Source: Candidatus Anderseniibacteriota bacterium
GTDB lineage: Bacteria; Patescibacteriota; Andersenbacteria; UBA10190
Direction of reading: 5' to 3'
Assembly: GCA_040876835.1 (NCBI GenBank)
Contig: JBBDOX010000017.1
Span: forward strand, 1-51,903
DNA: 51,903 nt
Below are positions 48,301 to 51,903 of the stretch, in pieces; position 1 is the stretch's first letter; every line of letters begins with the position of its first letter. The notes below the pieces were generated by a model that did not search any database, had not been told where the DNA came from, and was given only the letters and a program-made list of their open reading frames with translations. A program made the translations under genes and the position numbers.

Positions 48301-51300
48301 TTAGCGGATATTAGCTTCTTTTTGAGTTGCTGGCTGTTCAGCCTTTGTCTCTGCTTGGTCCCCTTCAGAAGGCTCCGGTGTCTGGCCAATCAGCTCAACG
48401 TCAAGCGCCAGTCCTTTCATCTCTTTCATTAATACATCAAAGGCAGCGGGTGTATGTGGAGGCTGGATCTTGCCACCCTTCACAATCGTCTCGTACGTCT
48501 TGCTACGTCCGGCAACATCATCTGACTTCACGGTCAGGATTTCCTGCAAACTGTACGCCGCACCGTAAGCTTCCAAAGCCCACACTTCCATCTCTCCAAA
48601 ACGCTGCCCGCCGAACTGAGCTTTTCCACCGAGCGGCTGCTGGGTTACAAGAGAGTAGGGCCCGGTTGAACGCATGTGGATCTTATCTTCTACCAGATGG
48701 TGGAGTTTCAAGATATACATCACACCAACAGTCACCGGCTTATCAAATTTCTGACCTGACAAACCATCATACAACTCCACTTTTCCGTTTTCTGGCAGCC
48801 CGGCGGCTTTTAACTCTGCTTTAATCTCTTCCTCGGTTACTCCGGCAAAAGCAGAAGAAGCAGCGTGGTAATCCAGCGTTTCTGCCGCCCAGCCCAAGTG
48901 GGTTTCCAGAATCTGTCCAATATTCATACGTGAGGCTACGCCCAGCGGGTTCAGAACTACTTCTACCGGTGTTCCGTCAGCCAGGTATGGCATATCTTCT
49001 TCACGAACGATCTTGGCGATTACACCCTTGTTACCGTGACGACCAGCCAGCTTATCACCCACCTGTAGTTTGCGGAACTGGGCGATACTGACCTGAACCT
49101 GTTTGATAACGCCGGAAGGCAGCTTGTCGCCTTCTTCACGAGAGAATGTCTTTACATCAACAACCTTACCCATCTCTCCATGCTGCAGATACAAAGAGGT
49201 GTCTTTTACGTCTTTGGCTTTTTCTCCAAAGATAGCTCGTAGTAGTCGCTCTTCAGGGGTCAGATCGGTTTCACCTTTGTTCGTCACCTTACCAACCAGA
49301 ATATCACCGGAACGTACTTCCGCACCGACGCGAACCACACCTTCTTCATCCAGATTGCGCAGCTTTTCTTCGCTAACGTTTGGAATATCGCGAGTTACCA
49401 CTTCCGGACCCAGCTTTGTGTCGCGGACATCGATGATAAAGTCTTCAATATGGATTGAGCTAAAGCGATCATCTTTAACTACCCGCTCAGAGATAACAAT
49501 CGCGTCTTCAAAGTTTCCGCCATACCAGGGCACGAAGGCTACTTTCAGATTCTGCCCCAGTGACAGATCTCCTTTGTCGGTCGCGGCTCCATCAGCCAGC
49601 AGCTGATCCTTCTTTACTTTCTGTCCTACTTCCACTACCGGGTGTTGAGTCATAGCTGTCGATTGATTGGAACGCTGGAAGTTCTGTAAGCGGTAAATAC
49701 GTTTTTCGCCCTTGGCGTCCACCAGGGTGATGTGCTGACCGTCCACTTCCGTTACTTCTCCTTCTACATCACTTAAAATAACCTGTCCGGAGTTAACGGC
49801 GGCGACAGATTCCATTCCTGTCCCAACCCGCGGAGCATCGGCGCGTACGGAAGGTACCGCCTGACGTTGCATGTTCGATCCCATCAGAGCGCGCTGAGCA
49901 TCATCGTGTTCAATAAAGGGAATCATACCAGCTGCCAGTGACAATGCCTGGCTGGGATACACATCCATATAATTCACATCCTTGGGAGCAACTTCTTCAA
50001 ATTGTCCTTCCATGCCTCGCACTTCAACCAGATCATTTGCGAACGATCCATTCGCTGTTAGGGGTTCGGTGGCATGAGCAATAATCGCCTTATCTTCCTC
50101 ATAGGCATCCAGATACACAATCTCTTCTGTAACTTTTCCGTCTACAACTTTGCGATATGGAGTTTCAATAAATCCATACTGATTCAGACGAGCAAACAAT
50201 GCCAGGTGACCGACCAGTCCAATGTTTGGTCCTTCCGGACTTTGCACCGGACAAATACGGCCGTAGTGAGACTTGTGAACGTCACGAACTTCAAAGCCAG
50301 CCCGGTTTCGGTCTAACCCTCCCGGACCCATCGCGCTGACGCGGCGCTTATGCTCCACTTCAGACAGGGGATTGGTCTGATCCATGAACTGTGACAGCTG
50401 GGAACTCGTAAAGAATTCCTTGATTGCCGCGATAATTGGTCGGGCATTGATTAGCTGCGAAGGCGTCATCTGTTCAATATCCAGAGTGCTCATACGATCC
50501 TTGGCAATACGCTCCATGCGCATTAGACCAACGCGGAATTTGTTTTGCAGCAACTCACCCACGGCTCGGACGCGGCGGTTTCCAAGATGATCAATATCAT
50601 CGGCAGGCTCCTGGGTGTTGTTCAGGCGAATAACTTCAGTAATAACTGCAGTGAGATCTTCCACGCGCAAAGTGCGGTGTTCGCTTTCCTCAGACACATC
50701 CATATTAAGCCGCTGGTTCATGCGGTGTCGTCCTACCCGACCGAAATCGTAGCGGTCAAAGCGGAAGAACATGTCATGAATCATCTGCTTGGCATTATCA
50801 ACGGTAGCTAAGTCTCCCGGACGCAGGCGTTTGTAGACCTCTTTTAAGCCTTCGGCCTGATCCTTGGCTGAATCCTTAGCCAGTGTTGCATCTATGTATG
50901 ACAACTCTTTATTGGTGTCGACTGCGGCAAAGAGTTTCTTGATTTCAGCATCGCTGGCCACGCCCATCGCCCGTAACAGAGCTGTTACAGCCACCTTACG
51001 CTTGCGATCAATTTTCACATACAGGGCTCCATCGGCTGCGGTTTCAATTTCCAGCCAGGCTCCGCGGTTTGGAATGATCTTCGCTCCATACCAGCTTCGT
51101 CCTTTATTAATAGTCGAAGATAAAAATACACCGGGAGAGCGGATTAGCTGGGAGACAATAACTCGTTCAACACCGTTGATAATAAAGGTGCCGCGTGGAG
51201 TCATGACAGGAAACTCACCCAGGTAGACTTCCTGCTCTTTTGTTTCTCCAGTTTTCTTGTTCAATAATCGAACAGCGCAACGTAATGGGGCTTCATACGT

Positions 51301-51570
51301 TGCGTTGCGTTCGCGGGCAGTTTCTTCAGTGTGCTTGGGAGCATCAAGATAGTGATCAACAAAGTGGAGCTCCAGATTACCAGCATAATCATGAATCGGA
51401 GAAATCTCTTCGAAAAGCTCTCCTAATCCTTTTTCAAAAAACCAAGCATAGGAATCCAGTTGAGATTCCAGCAGGTTCGATACATCCGCTAATTGTGCCG
51501 GGGCTAAAGAAAACGTTTTTCTTTCTCGTAGTGTGTTTATGTTACCGCTCGCGGATGATTGCTTGGGCAT
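48301..51570 (-). CDS. rpoB: RNA polymerase beta subunit
   Basis: [42 protein letters not shown]. Confidence 0.98.
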   Translation of the reverse strand: MPKQSSASGNINTLRERKTFSLAPAQLADVSNLLESQLDSYAWFFEKGLGELFEEISPIHDYAGNLELHFVDHYLDAPKHTEETARERNATYEAPLRCAVRLLNKKTGETKEQEVYLGEFPVMTPRGTFIINGVERVIVSQLIRSPGVFLSSTINKGRSWYGAKIIPNRGAWLEIETAADGALYVKIDRKRKVAVTALLRAMGVASDAEIKKLFAAVDTNKELSYIDATLAKDSAKDQAEGLKEVYKRLRPGDLATVDNAKQMIHDMFFRFDRYDFGRVGRHRMNQRLNMDVSEESEHRTLRVEDLTAVITEVIRLNNTQEPADDIDHLGNRRVRAVGELLQNKFRVGLMRMERIAKDRMSTLDIEQMTPSQLINARPIIAAIKEFFTSSQLSQFMDQTNPLSEVEHKRRVSAMGPGGLDRNRAGFEVRDVHKSHYGRICPVQSPEGPNIGLVGHLALFARLNQYGFIETPYRKVVDGKVTEEIVYLDAYEEDKAIIAHATEPLTANGSFANDLVEVRGMEGQFEEVAPKDVNYMDVYPSQALSLAAGMIPFIEHDDAQRALMGSNMQRQAVPSVRADAPRVGTGMESVAAVNSGQVILSDVEGEVTEVDGQHITLVDAKGEKRIYRLQNFQRSNQSTAMTQHPVVEVGQKVKKDQLLADGAATDKGDLSLGQNLKVAFVPWYGGNFEDAIVISERVVKDDRFSSIHIEDFIIDVRDTKLGPEVVTRDIPNVSEEKLRNLDEEGVVRVGAEVRSGDILVGKVTNKGETDLTPEERLLRAIFGEKAKDVKDTSLYLQHGEMGKVVDVKTFSREEGDKLPSGVIKQVQVSIAQFRKLQVGDKLAGRHGNKGVIAKIVREEDMPYLADGTPVEVVLNPLGVASRMNIGQILETHLGWAAETLDYHAASSAFAGVTEEEIKAELKAAGLPENGKVELYDGLSGQKFDKPVTVGVMYILKLHHLVEDKIHMRSTGPYSLVTQQPLGGKAQFGGQRFGEMEVWALEAYGAAYSLQEILTVKSDDVAGRSKTYETIVKGGKIQPPHTPAAFDVLMKEMKGLALDVELIGQTPEPSEGDQAETKAEQPATQKEANIR

Positions 51571-51805
51571 GTGGAGATTTTATTTAATGTATATAAATGA
51601 TGTATACAAACGCACAAAGGCCACAGAATACCTATGCTTATCTAGCGTAGCTGTGAAAAACGCGGAGAAGGAGAGCCACAAACAGTGCGAGGTATAAAAC
51701 CTGTTAGCAGAGAATAGAGAATGCTCTGCGCACGTGCTTGCGCCCCTATATTAGATTGTTTTTGATGCACACAGTCCTTGCTGATCGTCAAAGACGATAG
51801 GGGAA

Positions 51806-51834
51806 ATTGTATCAGGGTGTTATATAAGTGTCAA
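51806..51834 (-). promoter_or_regulatory. Probable rpoBC promoter
   Basis: Minus strand: TTGACA cttatataacaccctga TACAAT (17-bp spacer). Confidence 0.7.
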
Positions 51835-51903
51835 GAAAAGTCAACAAAATGTCACTTAAAAATTAAAACTGCACACTTTTAGCCGCCTTTAAACTTTAAA
51901 ACT

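Noticed and set aside
48291-48389. N-terminal extension of rpoC overlapping rpoB, or an rpoBC fusion
   Set aside because: rpoB has its own stop and ATG 48290 gives a normal start; the extension is an ORF-caller artefact.

Overview
Bacterial chromosomal segment; the gene set (DUF5671-type membrane protein, RNHCP protein after rpsR, tailed RpsF, recA-rodZ-like-ftsK-rpoC-rpoB order) suggests a Patescibacteria/CPR genome, which is an inference. Left part (1-15.2 kb): phospho-sugar mutase, several general-stress-type small genes, a frameshifted TrmB-type regulator, an atypical LuxR regulator, and a gene-poor 11.5-13.4 kb region with near-consensus promoters pointing at structured non-coding sequence. 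Middle (15292-29230): a 13.9 kb integrative element inserted into the first codons of ychF, bounded by a 23-bp repeat with 21/23 identity. It carries a Z1-domain ATPase plus C5 methyltransferase, a Type III R-M system, a Zn-finger protein, an XRE regulator, a candidate structured RNA and attenuator, a PrimPol-helicase, an excisionase-like HTH and a large serine recombinase. The most notable observation is that the att site lies inside the recombinase gene, so excision would swap its 4-aa tail for a 42-aa in-frame tail stored at the other end of the element. Right part (29.2-51.9 kb): ychF-rpsF-ssb-rpsR, gpmI, a 2163-aa surface protein, recA, a RodZ-like gene, ftsK, rpoC and rpoB. No rRNA, tRNA or CRISPR array was seen. 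All calls come from motif recognition by eye; no database searches were run.
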